Source: Hyalangium minutum (lineage in GTDB: Bacteria > Myxococcota > Myxococcia > Myxococcales > Myxococcaceae). From it: a stretch of 64,000 nucleotides of DNA. The DNA lies in the NCBI RefSeq assembly GCF_000737315.1, contig NZ_JMCB01000003.1:62001-126000 (forward strand), written 5' to 3'. Below are positions 17,945-28,190 of this stretch, piece after piece. Under the pieces are notes generated by a model. That model was given only the letters and a program-made list of their open reading frames with translations. It did no database searches and had not been told where the DNA came from. Position 1 is the first letter of the stretch, and each line of letters starts with the position of its first letter. The translations under genes and the position numbers were made by a program.

Positions 17945-19521
17945 TGGGAACCCCTGCCATGTCCCGACTGCTCGCACTCTTCGCCGTCGCCCTGGCTCCG
18001 CTCGCGGTGTCCGCGCAGGACCTCACGGCGTACAACCGCGCGCTCGCCGCCTTCAACGCGGGCGATCTCGACACCGCCGCGCCGCTCTTCTTCGAGACCT
18101 CCGAGCGCGCCACCGATCCCGAGACGAAGGGCAAGGCCGAGTACTACCTGGCGCAGACCTTCCAGAAGAAGGGTCTCCCGGTCAGCGCCTTCGTCACCTA
18201 CGCCGCCATCCTCAAGGCCGGCCCCAAGCACCCCTCGTACCTCAAGGCCGTCGAGGGGCTCGTGGACATTCAGCAGCAGCTCGATGAGCAGAACCTGATC
18301 CCCAGCCTCCTCAACCAGGCCTATACGGACGAGGTGCGCGATCAGTGGGTCACGCTGCCCCGAGAGGTGCTGGCGCGCATCAACTACCTGGTGGGCACCA
18401 TCAGCCACCGCCGCGGGCAGTTCGAGGAGGCCCGCTCCCTGCTCGAGGCCGTGCCGCCCGAGAGCCGCGTCTATGCCAAGGCGCAGTATCTGCTGGGCAT
18501 CGTCCTGGCCGATCCGCGCTTCCCGGGCCGCCCGGGTGAGGCCCACACGCTCGACAAGGCCGCACTCAATGCCTTCCAGATGGTGCTGAAGCAGAAGGGC
18601 GAGCGGCAGCTCGAGCTCAAGGAGACCCGTGAGCTGGCCATGCTGGGGCTCGGGCGTCTGCACTACGGCCGCGGGGAGTACAAGGAGTCGAGCGCCGCCT
18701 ACGAGAGCGTGCCGCGCTACTCGCGCTACTGGGACCAGGCCCTCTTCGAGAACGGCTTCTCCCGCTTCCAGAACGAGGACTTCGGCGGGGCGCTCGGGAG
18801 TCTCCAGGCGCTGCATGCGCCCCAGTTCGCCGGCGCTTTCCAGCCCGAGTCCTGGATCCTCAAGGCGACCGTCTACTACTACAGCTGCCTCTTCGACGAG
18901 GTGAAGACCACGCTCGCCGCCTACGACGAGGTGTACGGGCCCATGGCCAAGCAGCTCGAGCCCTTCACCGGCGAGGACATGGGGCTGATCCCCGCGTTCA
19001 ACCTCGTCTCCGCCTCGGAGAACCGGAAGCTGCCGCGTCCCGTGTACCTGTGGATCCGCAACAACGAGCGCATCCGCGAGGTGATGCGCGGCCTGGACAC
19101 CGTGGACAGCGAGAAGCGGGCCCTCGTCAACTCGGGTGCCTGGAAGGGGAGCGCGCTCGCGACGCAGACCGTGGCCTCCCTGGAGGATGTGCGCAACACG
19201 CTGCTTCAGGTGGGCGGCACGCTGGCTCGGAGCCGCCTGCGCGAGGCCGCGGACAACCTGCGCACCTTCTCGGACCAGGCGGAGATCATCCGCGTCCAGA
19301 CGGCGCTCGATCAGAAGGACTTGCTGCAGGCCGGCGTGGATCAGAAGGCCGTGCTCTCCCGCCAGTCGCTCTACCGGCCCGCCATGCCCGGGGCCGCCTG
19401 GAACTACTGGAAGTTCCAGGGCGAGTTCTGGATCGACGAGATCGGCTACTATCAGTACACGCTCAAGCGCGGCTGTCTGGCGAAGCCGGGCGAAGAGCGG
19501 ACCGAGGCGGGCTCGCAGTAA
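17944..19521 (+). CDS. nfsC: Periplasmic TPR protein, NfsC/GltC-like
   Basis: Signal peptide, TPRs, and a C-terminal YWKFQGEFWIDEIGYYQYTLKRGC motif. Translationally coupled to nfsB. Confidence 0.78.
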   Translation: MGTPAMSRLLALFAVALAPLAVSAQDLTAYNRALAAFNAGDLDTAAPLFFETSERATDPETKGKAEYYLAQTFQKKGLPVSAFVTYAAILKAGPKHPSYLKAVEGLVDIQQQLDEQNLIPSLLNQAYTDEVRDQWVTLPREVLARINYLVGTISHRRGQFEEARSLLEAVPPESRVYAKAQYLLGIVLADPRFPGRPGEAHTLDKAALNAFQMVLKQKGERQLELKETRELAMLGLGRLHYGRGEYKESSAAYESVPRYSRYWDQALFENGFSRFQNEDFGGALGSLQALHAPQFAGAFQPESWILKATVYYYSCLFDEVKTTLAAYDEVYGPMAKQLEPFTGEDMGLIPAFNLVSASENRKLPRPVYLWIRNNERIREVMRGLDTVDSEKRALVNSGAWKGSALATQTVASLEDVRNTLLQVGGTLARSRLREAADNLRTFSDQAEIIRVQTALDQKDLLQAGVDQKAVLSRQSLYRPAMPGAAWNYWKFQGEFWIDEIGYYQYTLKRGCLAKPGEERTEAGSQ

Positions 19522-19651
19522 GCCTGTCGGTGACGGACGCAGTTCGGAGGAACGGGGTGGGCCGAGGCGTTGGTGCACGCGCCGGGGCCGCCCCGTTTGC
19601 CTGTTCAGCCCCTGAAACCGACAGTGCCCTGTAGGGCGCATTCGTGCGTGT

Positions 19652-19667
19652 TGGCACGGTTGCAGCA
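19652..19667 (+). promoter_or_regulatory. Candidate internal sigma54 promoter before nfsD
   Basis: TGGCACGGTTGCAGCA (GG-N10-GC) in the 200-bp nfsC-nfsD gap. Confidence 0.5.
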
Positions 19668-19726
19668 CTTCTCATTCCAGGAGTGCGCGTCTACCTTCGG
19701 TCGTCCCTTCGATGGCAGGAGTTCGC

Positions 19727-22700
19727 ATGAAGGCGTTCCTTCGGTTTGGTGCGCTGGCTGTGGGCGTGGCGCTCACCGCCAGCGGGGTGGGCGAGGCGGC
19801 ACCGCCTAAAAAGGCGGTGGGGAAGAAGCCTGCGGCGGCGGCCAAGGCGGCTCCTGTCGGAAAGAAGACGGTGGAGAAGGCCTCCAAGGAGAAGGCGCCG
19901 TCCGCGGTGCCGGGTGCTCCCGAGGAGAAGCGCCGCAACGGTCCGGCCCGGGTGGCCCCCGCCAATGCCAAGTTCGCGGAGCTGCCGCGCATCGCCGACA
20001 GCAAGAAGGACGCGCTGGCGGACAAGAAGCGCGACGAGGCCATCGAGGGCTTCAAACGCCTGATCCCGAAGATCCAGGACGGCACCTCGCGCAAGGCGGA
20101 CCTGCTGTACCGCTTGTCCGAGCTCTACTGGGAGAAGTCCAAGTACCTCTACCGGCTGGAGATGGACCGGTACCTGGAGGCGGAGAAGAAGTACGACGCG
20201 GCCGTGGCTCGCGGCGAGAAGCTGGAGGCCCCGAAGGAGGACCACCGCGACAGCGAGCGCTACCGCGCCGAGGTGATGAGCCTCTACGAGGACATCCTCC
20301 GCGACTATCCGCAGTACGAGATCCGCGACGAGGTCCTCTTCTCGCAGGCTTACAACCTGTACGAGCTCGGCCGCCAGCCCGAGGCCGTGAAGCGCTACGA
20401 GGAGCTGATCCGGGACTTCCCCAAGTCGCAGTTCGTGCCGGACGCGTACATCCAGCTCGGCAATCACTACTTCGACAACAACAAGCTGATGCCCGCGAAG
20501 CAGAACTACGAGAAGGCGCGGGACACCGGCGTTCCGAAGATCTACGCCTACGCCATCTACAAGCTGGCCTGGTGTGACTTCAACGCGGGCGACTATGAGG
20601 CCGGCCTCAAGAAGCTCCAGGAGGCGGTGGAGTACGCGGAGACCCGTGGCGAGGAGCTGGGCGACCTGAAGACCGAGGCGCTCAATGACTTGACCGTCTT
20701 CTATGTGCAGCTGGATCTGCCCAAGGATGCCATCGCCTACTTCAAGGCGAAGGCGCCCGAGAAGCGTCAGGCGCGGCTCATCGCGAAGACGGCGGTGGGG
20801 CTGGCGGACGCGGGCCACTTCGACAGCGGCATCTACATGTTCCGCTGGCTCATCGACGACAAGCCGATGGGCCCCAGCGCCCCCGAGTTCCAGCAGGCCA
20901 TCGTCCGCTCGTATGAGGGCCTGCGTCAGCGCACCCAGGTCCGCGCCGAGATGAAGAAGATGGTGGACCTGTACCGGCCGGGTGGCACGTGGTGGGAGGC
21001 CAACACGGGCAACAAGTCCGTGCTGCGCAACGCCTTCAACGTCACCGAAGAGGCCATGCGCGTGATGGTGACCGAGTACCACCAGGAGGCCCAGAAGACG
21101 CGCGAGGTGGCCACGTACCAGCTCGCTCGCGACATCTATAAGGAGTACGTGGACGCGTTCGCCTCCAGCTCGGATCCGGACTTCGTCTCGGACTCGGCCT
21201 TCAACCTGCGCTTCTTCTACGCGGAGATTCTGTGGGCCCTCGAAGAGTGGGAGGCCGCCGCCGCCCAGTATGACGCCGTGGTGGCTTTCAAGATCCCGGA
21301 CCGTGACTCGGCCCGCGAGGTCTCCAACGAGACCTACCGCAAGAGCGCCTCGTTCGCCGCGGTGCTCGCGTACGACAAGCTCGTGAAGATCGAGCGCGGC
21401 CAGCTCGCCAAGAGCGATCTCAAGGCCGGCCAGAAGGTCGACGAGAACAAGTACAAGGGTGACGTCGAGAAGAAGCGCATCATCAAGAAGAACGCGAAGG
21501 AGCAGCCCGAGCAGCAACTCACTCGCTTCGAGGAGCGCCTCGTCGCCGCCTGCGACACGTACAACTCGCTCTATCCGAACAACCAGGACGAGGTGGACCT
21601 GCGCTACCAGGCCGCCGTCATCCTCTATGACCGCAACCACTTCGTGGACGCGGCCCGGCGCTTCGGCGAGATCATCGTGAAGTTCCCCGAGGAGCGGCGC
21701 TCGCGCGACGCGGCGGACCTGACGATGTTCGTGCTGGAGAGCCGCGAGGAGTGGTTCGAGCTGAACAAGCTGGCGCGCCAGTTCCTGGGCAACAAGAAGC
21801 TGACCAAGCCCGGCACGGAGTTCGCCGCTCGCGTGGCCAAGGTCGTCGAGGGCAGCCAGTACAAGTGGGTGGACGAAGTCGTCTATCGCCAGGAGAAGAA
21901 CCCGAAGAAGGCCGCCGAGCTGTTCCTCGAGTTCGTCACCGAGTTCCCCAAGTCGGAGAACGCGGACCGCGCGCTCACCTACGCGATGATCATCTTCCAG
22001 GAGGCCGCCGAGCTGGATCGCGGCGTCGAGGCCGGCGAGCGCGTCCTCCAAGAGTACCCGGACAGCGTGTTCGACCTGAAGGTCCGCTACACGCTCGCGG
22101 GCTTCTACGAGAAGATGGCCGAGTTCAAGAAGGCCGCCGAGGCGTACGAGGCCTTCGTGGCCGCCTACGACGAGGCCGCCGGGACGGCGAAGAAGAAGAA
22201 GACCGCGAAGGGCGGGGCGTCGAAGGTGGCGCAGGGCTCCGCCGAGCGTGAGCAGATCCTCAAGGACGCCGAGGGCTGGGTGGCCGACGCGCTCTTCAAC
22301 GCGGGCGTCTGGTGGGAGGGCGTGGGCAATTCGCCGAAGGCCATCGCCGCCTATCAGTCGTACATCTCGCGCTTCCGCGACCGCAAGGATGTGCCGCAGA
22401 TCGCCTTCAACATCGCGCTCGTCCACGAGAAGGACGGCAAGTGGGCGGAGGCCGCCAAGGCGTTCGCCTCGTTCTCGGAGACGTACAGCCGGGATGCTCG
22501 CACCAACCCGGGGCAGCTCTACCTGGCGAAGTACCGCGAGCTGATGGCGCAGCGGCAGCTCAAGAGCTGGAAGGACATGGAGCGCCTGCAGAGCGAGCTG
22601 GTGCGCGGCTGGGCCAAGCTGCCCGACGAGAGCAAGCAGAACGTCAGCCTCGTCGACGCCTACGCCCACGCCCGCTTCATGGGGCTGGAGGCGCTGTGGA

Positions 22701-23302
22701 AGCACTACTCGGACATCAAGTTCACCCGCGTGTCCACCATCCGCCGCGATCTCGCCGCCAAGCAGCGCGAGATCCAGCGCGTGGAGAAGGAGTACGCGGC
22801 GGTGCTGGCCATCGGCTCGGGCGAGTGGGGTATCGCCGCGCTCACCCGCATCGGTCTGGCGTACGCGGACTTCGCTCGCAACATCATCGAGTCGCCGGAT
22901 CCCAAGGGCCTGGATGAGGAGCAGACCACCATGTACCGCGGCGAGTTGGAGAACCTCGCGCTTCCGCTCGAGGACAAGTCCACCGAGGCCCTGGAGAAGG
23001 CGCTCGACAAGGCCTACGAGCTGTCCATCTACAACGAGTTCACGCTCGCCGCGCAGGATCAGGTGAACCGCTACCGTCCGGGTGCCTACGCCCAGGTCCG
23101 CCAGGTGCCGTTCCGTGGCAGCGAGTTCTTCGCCACCTCGGATGTCGCCAAGGATCCAGGCATGTCGGCGGCCGCCACCGCGGGCTCCACGCCCACTGCG
23201 CCGAGTAAGCCCACGCAGGCTCCGAGCGCTCCGCAGGCGCAGCCTCAGGCTCCGCAGGCCTCGCCCGCGCCCGCCGCCACGGTGGGGGAGGCCCGGCCGT
23301 GA
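19727..23302 (+). CDS. nfsD: Large TPR protein, NfsD/GltD(AgmU)-like
   Basis: About 1190 aa with signal peptide and multiple TPRs. CAGGAG RBS before ATG 19727. Confidence 0.82.
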   Translation: MKAFLRFGALAVGVALTASGVGEAAPPKKAVGKKPAAAAKAAPVGKKTVEKASKEKAPSAVPGAPEEKRRNGPARVAPANAKFAELPRIADSKKDALADKKRDEAIEGFKRLIPKIQDGTSRKADLLYRLSELYWEKSKYLYRLEMDRYLEAEKKYDAAVARGEKLEAPKEDHRDSERYRAEVMSLYEDILRDYPQYEIRDEVLFSQAYNLYELGRQPEAVKRYEELIRDFPKSQFVPDAYIQLGNHYFDNNKLMPAKQNYEKARDTGVPKIYAYAIYKLAWCDFNAGDYEAGLKKLQEAVEYAETRGEELGDLKTEALNDLTVFYVQLDLPKDAIAYFKAKAPEKRQARLIAKTAVGLADAGHFDSGIYMFRWLIDDKPMGPSAPEFQQAIVRSYEGLRQRTQVRAEMKKMVDLYRPGGTWWEANTGNKSVLRNAFNVTEEAMRVMVTEYHQEAQKTREVATYQLARDIYKEYVDAFASSSDPDFVSDSAFNLRFFYAEILWALEEWEAAAAQYDAVVAFKIPDRDSAREVSNETYRKSASFAAVLAYDKLVKIERGQLAKSDLKAGQKVDENKYKGDVEKKRIIKKNAKEQPEQQLTRFEERLVAACDTYNSLYPNNQDEVDLRYQAAVILYDRNHFVDAARRFGEIIVKFPEERRSRDAADLTMFVLESREEWFELNKLARQFLGNKKLTKPGTEFAARVAKVVEGSQYKWVDEVVYRQEKNPKKAAELFLEFVTEFPKSENADRALTYAMIIFQEAAELDRGVEAGERVLQEYPDSVFDLKVRYTLAGFYEKMAEFKKAAEAYEAFVAAYDEAAGTAKKKKTAKGGASKVAQGSAEREQILKDAEGWVADALFNAGVWWEGVGNSPKAIAAYQSYISRFRDRKDVPQIAFNIALVHEKDGKWAEAAKAFASFSETYSRDARTNPGQLYLAKYRELMAQRQLKSWKDMERLQSELVRGWAKLPDESKQNVSLVDAYAHARFMGLEALWKHYSDIKFTRVSTIRRDLAAKQREIQRVEKEYAAVLAIGSGEWGIAALTRIGLAYADFARNIIESPDPKGLDEEQTTMYRGELENLALPLEDKSTEALEKALDKAYELSIYNEFTLAAQDQVNRYRPGAYAQVRQVPFRGSEFFATSDVAKDPGMSAAATAGSTPTAPSKPTQAPSAPQAQPQAPQASPAPAATVGEARP

Positions 23303-24771
23303 TTCTCACTGACTTCAAGGCAGCTCCAGGGAAGACGACCATGAAGATCGCCCGCACGCTTGCCGCCGCCGCGCTCGCCTTCACGACCGCGTGCGCCACG
23401 GCTCCTCAGGTCAAGCCCACGCCCGTCACCGAGACGGCGCCCCAGGCTCCTCATGCACAGGTGGCGGGTCAGCCCAGCAAGCCGGTCCCGGCGCCCACGC
23501 CGCCCTCGGCGGATGCCGGCCCGCACGAGCTGTTCATGTCGGCGCTCGCGTCCTTCGACGCCGGAGACTACGAGGCCGCGCGCAAGGGCTTCGAGCAGGT
23601 GGTGGCCAAGGCGCCGCAGAGCCTCAACGCGCAGTTCAACGTGGGGCTCATCGCCGAGCGTCAGGCGAAGCCCGCCGAGGCCCAGGCCGCCTACGAGAAG
23701 GTCCTCTCGGTGGACCCGAACCACCAGCCCTCGCTGCTGAACCTCGGCCGGCTGTACCGGCTGCAGGACCGGTTCGAGGACGCCATCGGCCTCTACGAGA
23801 AGGCGCTCAAGACGCCCGGCCACGAGCATGATGTGGCGCTGCTCAACAACCTCACCGTGGCGTACCGGCTCGCGGGCAAGTTCGAGCTCGCCGAGGCCAC
23901 TGCCCGCCGCGTCCTGGCCCGCAGCAAGGACAACCCCGACGCGTACAAGAACCTGGCGCTCATCTACTACGACCAGGGGCAGTACCGGCTCGCCGAAGTG
24001 GTGAGCGCCAACGCGCGCAAGCTCGCGGAGAACGATCCGGGCGTCTACAACAACCTGGGGATGATCTACTTGAAGCAGAACGATCGGTCCCGCGCGCTGG
24101 CCCAGTTCCAGAAGGCCGTGTCGCTCGATCCGAAGTTCGCTCCGGGCTACCTCAACATCGGCGCCATGTCGCTGGCCTACCGCGACTACACGGGCGCCGA
24201 GCGCGCCTTCTCCAAGGCGGTGGAGCTCGATCCCGCCTCCTACGAGGGCCACCTTTATTACGCCTACGCGCTCGACGGGCAGAAGGGCCGCGATCCGAAG
24301 AAGGGGCTCACCGCGGGCGAGGCCTTCGAGAAGGTCCTCACCCTCCGCCCCGATCAGCCGGATGCCATCTGCGGGGCGGGCTGGGCCTACGCGGCGGAGC
24401 GGGCTGGCTGGGACAAGGCGCTGGGCTTCTTCGAGCGCTGCAAGTCTCTCGCGAGCACCTCGCCGCAGGATCAGCAGATGATCGCCGCCAAGGTGCAGGG
24501 CATCCAGGCCATGAAGAAGAGCGGCCAGCCGGACCCCGCCGCCGAGCACAAGAAGGAGGCCACCACGGCTCCGGGCGCCAACGGTTCGCTGCTCGACAAG
24601 GTGTCCGAGGAGGCGGCGCGTCAGGAGGGCCCGCTGCCCGAGGAGACGGCTCCGGCGGGGGATGCGGCCTCGGGTGAGACCGCGCCTTCCTCGGAGGCTC
24701 CCGCCGCTGCGGACTCCGCGGCTCCGGCGGCTCCGGAAGGCAGCTCGCCTGCTCCCTCTCCGGTGCCGTGA
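23299..24771 (+). CDS. nfsE: TPR lipoprotein, NfsE/GltE(AglT)-like
   Basis: MKIARTLAAAALAFTTAC lipobox (alternative start 23341) and TPR array. GTGA overlap with nfsD. Confidence 0.8.
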   Translation: MILTDFKAAPGKTTMKIARTLAAAALAFTTACATAPQVKPTPVTETAPQAPHAQVAGQPSKPVPAPTPPSADAGPHELFMSALASFDAGDYEAARKGFEQVVAKAPQSLNAQFNVGLIAERQAKPAEAQAAYEKVLSVDPNHQPSLLNLGRLYRLQDRFEDAIGLYEKALKTPGHEHDVALLNNLTVAYRLAGKFELAEATARRVLARSKDNPDAYKNLALIYYDQGQYRLAEVVSANARKLAENDPGVYNNLGMIYLKQNDRSRALAQFQKAVSLDPKFAPGYLNIGAMSLAYRDYTGAERAFSKAVELDPASYEGHLYYAYALDGQKGRDPKKGLTAGEAFEKVLTLRPDQPDAICGAGWAYAAERAGWDKALGFFERCKSLASTSPQDQQMIAAKVQGIQAMKKSGQPDPAAEHKKEATTAPGANGSLLDKVSEEAARQEGPLPEETAPAGDAASGETAPSSEAPAAADSAAPAAPEGSSPAPSPVP

Positions 24772-24952
24772 CAGGACAAACTACCGGAACGGATGGGTAC
24801 TTTTTTCCACTCCTCGGGCGGGCAGGGTGGCGGGCTCCGGGCAAGTTCCCTACGATCCGAGGCGTTGGGCTTGGACCAACTCCTGCAAGAACCCACCAGG
24901 AACCTCTTCGTGGGTCCGCTGTCTCAACCGATGAAGTGAATGGAGGCTGCAG

Positions 24953-25228
24953 ATGAAGCGACTGGCATCGGCGGTGGTGGCGGCGGCGTTGTGGGCGGGC
25001 CCGGTGGCGGCCCAGGAGAAGGAGGAAGTGAAGATCATCCAGGAGGAAGACAAGACGGTCTACCGGAAGAAGACCGTGATCGACTTCACGGATGTGACGG
25101 TGGAGGGCGAGCTCACCAAGCCGGAGGGCTCCTACGTCCTCAACCGGAAGAAGACGGACTTTCAGAGCCTCATCAAGGTCCGCGACAACTTCAACCCCGA
25201 GCTGCAGAAGTCGGTGGACAACCTCTAG
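24953..25228 (+). CDS. nfsF: Small secreted protein, NfsF/GltF(CglF)-like
   Basis: Signal peptide then KKTVIDFTDVTVEGELTKPEG...IKVRDNF. GGAGG RBS. Confidence 0.82.
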   Translation: MKRLASAVVAAALWAGPVAAQEKEEVKIIQEEDKTVYRKKTVIDFTDVTVEGELTKPEGSYVLNRKKTDFQSLIKVRDNFNPELQKSVDNL

Positions 25229-25255
25229 CGCCTGAAAGGGGCGCTTCGTTTTCTT
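25227..25255 (+). terminator. Terminator-like hairpin between nfsF and nfsG
   Basis: AGCGCCT-GAAAG-GGGCGCT followed by TCGTTTTCTT. Confidence 0.55.
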
Positions 25256-25285
25256 GGGTGCGGAAGGGCGGAAGGAACGATCCTC

Positions 25286-27247
25286 ATGGCGGCGGGAAAG
25301 AATAACGGACTGAGGTTGCGCATCACGGGGCCTGACGGGGCCACGATGGAGACCATCGCGGACGCCGAGAGCGTCATCGTGGGCTCCGGTGCGCAGGCGG
25401 CGGTGAAGATTCAGGACCCCAGTGTCTCCAACCTCCACGTGATGTTGAAGGTGGACAAGGAGGGTGGAGTCACAGCGATCGATCTCGGCAGTGAGTCCGG
25501 GACCCAGGTCGGCGGGCAGCGGCTGATGGTGCCCAAGATGCTGGAGCCTGGAGATGTGCTCACAGTGGGGGCGTGCCGGGTGGAGGTGGTGTTCGGCGAG
25601 GTGGAGCCTCCGGCGCCCAAGGTGCCCGCGGGCGCGCAGGTGAGCGGGACGGGCTTCCAAGGCTCGGTGACACAGAAGGCCGCGGTGGCGCCTCCTGTGA
25701 ACCCGGCCAAGGCTGCGGCACCCGAGGTGGTGGTGCCGACCTCGAGCCGCACGCTGACGCCTCCGGGCCTCAAGGCGAAGGTGCCGACGCCGGTGCCGTT
25801 GCCCAAGGCTCCGGTTCCGGTGGCGGCGAAGAAGCCCGAGACGCCGGTCCACTTGCAGGAGCCACTGCCTCCGAGCGCCATGCCGACGTCCGAGGCGAAG
25901 GTGCTCCAGGTGGCGATGCTCTGGGGCGACCAGATCCTCGAGGTACAGCACTTCCGTGAGGGGGTGCCGGTCACCATCGGCGAGGGCAAGAAGAACTTCT
26001 TCCACGTCTTCGTGCCCGAGGTGGGCGCTCGCCACGTGCTGGCGGTGAGCCAGGGCGACAAGGTGGAGCTGCGCGTGCCCGCGGGCGGCGGAGTCTTCGT
26101 GACCTCGCAGGGGGATGTGCGGACGAAGGACGCGCTGCGCGCCTCCGGCCAGCTGGCGTCCTCGGTGGCGGCCAAGGGCCAGGTGTTCACGCTGGGGCTG
26201 CACGACCGGGCGGAGGTGGCGCTCGGGACGATCGCCTTCGTGGTGCGCTACGTGAAGCCCTCGCCGGCCATCCAGGCGAGGGCAGTGGACGAGGCGGACT
26301 TCACCTACTTCAAGATCACCTGCATCACGATCCTCGCGGCGGCGGCGGTGGTGGCGGCGATGCTGCTGACGCCTCGGCAGCAGACGGCCTCGGCGGACGA
26401 CATCCTCCAGGATCAGCAGCGGGTGGCGAAGTTCCTGATCAAGCCCGAGAAGAAGATCGAGATCAAAAAGCTGAAGCTCGCCGGAGTCGAGGAGGGCGCC
26501 AAGGCCAAGGACGAGGAGGGCAAGTTCGGCAAGGAGGAGGCGAAGAAGCAGGAGGCTGATCCCTCCAAGCCGGGCACTCCGGTGGTGGACAAGACCAAGC
26601 GCGAGAAGGACCGGCAGGTGGTGGGCAGCGTGGGCCTGCTGGGCGCCTTCAAGGGCCTCAAGGGCGGCGCCTCGGACGTGTTCGGTCCGGGCGGTCTGGG
26701 CACCGGCATCAACAACTCGCTCGGCGGCCTGAAGTCGGGCGCGGGGCTGGGGGATGCGCAGGGCGTGGGCGGGCTCGGCACACGCGGTAACGGCACGGGC
26801 GGTGGCGGCACGGCGCTGGGCATCGGCGGCCTGGGCACCAAGGGTGACGGCCGCGGCACCGGTGGCCACGGCGGCATCGATCTGGGCGGCAAGGGCAAGG
26901 CGACCACGCGCATCGTCCCGGGTAAGACGACGGTGGTGGGCGGCCTGGACAAGGACGTGATCGCCAAGATCATCCGGCAGCACCAGAACGAGATCAAATA
27001 CTGCTACGAGTCCGAGCTGAACAAGAACCCGAGCCTGGCGGGCAAGGTCGCGGTGGCCTTCACCATCGACCCGACGGGCGCGGTGGCTGATGCCAACGTG
27101 ACGGAGACGACGCTCAACAGCTCCACGGCGGAGAACTGCATGTTGGCGCGCATCCGCCGCTGGAAGTTCCCCGAGCCCAAGGGCGGCGGCGTGGTGGCCG
27201 TCACCTACCCGTGGCTCTTCTCGCCCGCGGGTTCCGAGGGCGAGTAA
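25286..27247 (+). CDS. nfsG: FHA + TM + Gly-rich + TonB-C protein, NfsG/GltG-like
   Basis: FHA-like N-terminus (VSNLHVML...DLGSESGT), single TM, Gly-rich linker, C-terminal IKYCYE...WKFPEPKGGGVVAVTYPWLF. Confidence 0.82.
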   Translation: MAAGKNNGLRLRITGPDGATMETIADAESVIVGSGAQAAVKIQDPSVSNLHVMLKVDKEGGVTAIDLGSESGTQVGGQRLMVPKMLEPGDVLTVGACRVEVVFGEVEPPAPKVPAGAQVSGTGFQGSVTQKAAVAPPVNPAKAAAPEVVVPTSSRTLTPPGLKAKVPTPVPLPKAPVPVAAKKPETPVHLQEPLPPSAMPTSEAKVLQVAMLWGDQILEVQHFREGVPVTIGEGKKNFFHVFVPEVGARHVLAVSQGDKVELRVPAGGGVFVTSQGDVRTKDALRASGQLASSVAAKGQVFTLGLHDRAEVALGTIAFVVRYVKPSPAIQARAVDEADFTYFKITCITILAAAAVVAAMLLTPRQQTASADDILQDQQRVAKFLIKPEKKIEIKKLKLAGVEEGAKAKDEEGKFGKEEAKKQEADPSKPGTPVVDKTKREKDRQVVGSVGLLGAFKGLKGGASDVFGPGGLGTGINNSLGGLKSGAGLGDAQGVGGLGTRGNGTGGGGTALGIGGLGTKGDGRGTGGHGGIDLGGKGKATTRIVPGKTTVVGGLDKDVIAKIIRQHQNEIKYCYESELNKNPSLAGKVAVAFTIDPTGAVADANVTETTLNSSTAENCMLARIRRWKFPEPKGGGVVAVTYPWLFSPAGSEGE

Positions 27248-27280
27248 GGCAGAGCCTCTCGGTTCGGAGCTGAAGTGACA

Positions 27281-27320
27281 GAGCCCCCGGTGCACCTTTG
27301 GGTGCCCGGGGGTTCGTGTC
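27281..27320 (+). terminator. Strong hairpin after nfsG
   Basis: GAGCCCCCGG-TGCACC-TTT-GGGTGC-CCGGGGGTTC, with a weak U-tract. Confidence 0.45.
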
Positions 27321-27457
27321 TGCGGGGGCGTGCGCCGTGGGATGGACGACGTTCGCCCTGAAGAGTTTTCACGCCGGACGTTGCCGCTCGGCGGGGGGGA
27401 TCATTAACGTCCAGCGCGCTTCAGGAAGTCTCTGGAGGACCTGCGTTGGGAGGTTCT

Positions 27458-28054
27458 GTGAGGAAGTCCGTTCTCGTCGCCGCGCTCGCGCTGTCCACCA
27501 CCGCCCTGGCGGCCACGCCCCCCGAGGGTGTGGAGTACAAGCCCCGCCGTGGCTTCTTCACCGAGACGGACATCGGCATGTTCTTCACGCTCGGCGGGGA
27601 GAACACGTACTCCAACGCCCAGTCGTACCTGCAGCTGGGCGTGGGGTATGACTTGACGGAGACGCTCTCGCTGGGGCTGCACTTCGGCCTGGGCTCGTCG
27701 GCGGCGAACTGCTTCGCGGGCTACCTGCCGGACTCGGACATCTGCGCGCTGTCGGACAACTTCACCGTGGCCTTCGGGGACATGACGGCCGCGTACCACG
27801 TGCGGATGACCGACCGGTTCTACCTGACGCCCAAGGTGGCGGCTGGCTACACGCGGCTGGATCCGGCCCCGGTGGACGTCAGTGGTGATCCCAGCCGCAC
27901 CCTGCATGCGCTGAACGCGGGGGTGGGCATCGGCATCGAGTACGGGACGATGATGGACCACTTCTCGGTGGGGGCGGACTTCCTGGCTCGCTACGTCTTC
28001 GGCCCGAACATCCCCACGTTCGCGTTGTTCCCGCGGGTGAAGTACACGTTCTAG
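27458..28054 (+). CDS. nfsH: Small OM beta-barrel, NfsH/GltH(CglE)-like
   Basis: GGGAGG RBS, GTG start, signal peptide, beta-strands and C-terminal VKYTF. Confidence 0.78.
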   Translation: MRKSVLVAALALSTTALAATPPEGVEYKPRRGFFTETDIGMFFTLGGENTYSNAQSYLQLGVGYDLTETLSLGLHFGLGSSAANCFAGYLPDSDICALSDNFTVAFGDMTAAYHVRMTDRFYLTPKVAAGYTRLDPAPVDVSGDPSRTLHALNAGVGIGIEYGTMMDHFSVGADFLARYVFGPNIPTFALFPRVKYTF

Positions 28055-28190
28055 GCACCGCCTGCGGCCGGAGCCGTCATTCGCCTTCACACCTTTTTCG
28101 GCGTGCGTCCACCCAGGTATCGGAAGCGGGGGACGTGTCGACCGAGGTCGGATAACCTGGCGCGTTCCTCTTCACCTGCGAGGAATGGCC

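Noticed and set aside
24872-24887. TGGACCAACTCCTGCA as a sigma54 promoter for nfsF
   Set aside because: The spacing fits but the -24 box is poor. Too weak in a GC-rich background.
19691-27295. Long minus-strand ORFs (1004 aa, 985 aa) opposite nfsD-G
   Set aside because: Typical high-GC antisense open frames with no domain signatures.
15897-28054. Calling the cluster the gliding-motility glt locus
   Set aside because: A-H homologs are contiguous and not followed by gltI/gltJ, which matches the nfs arrangement. In the motility system gltABC and gltD-H are split. Phylogeny would be decisive.
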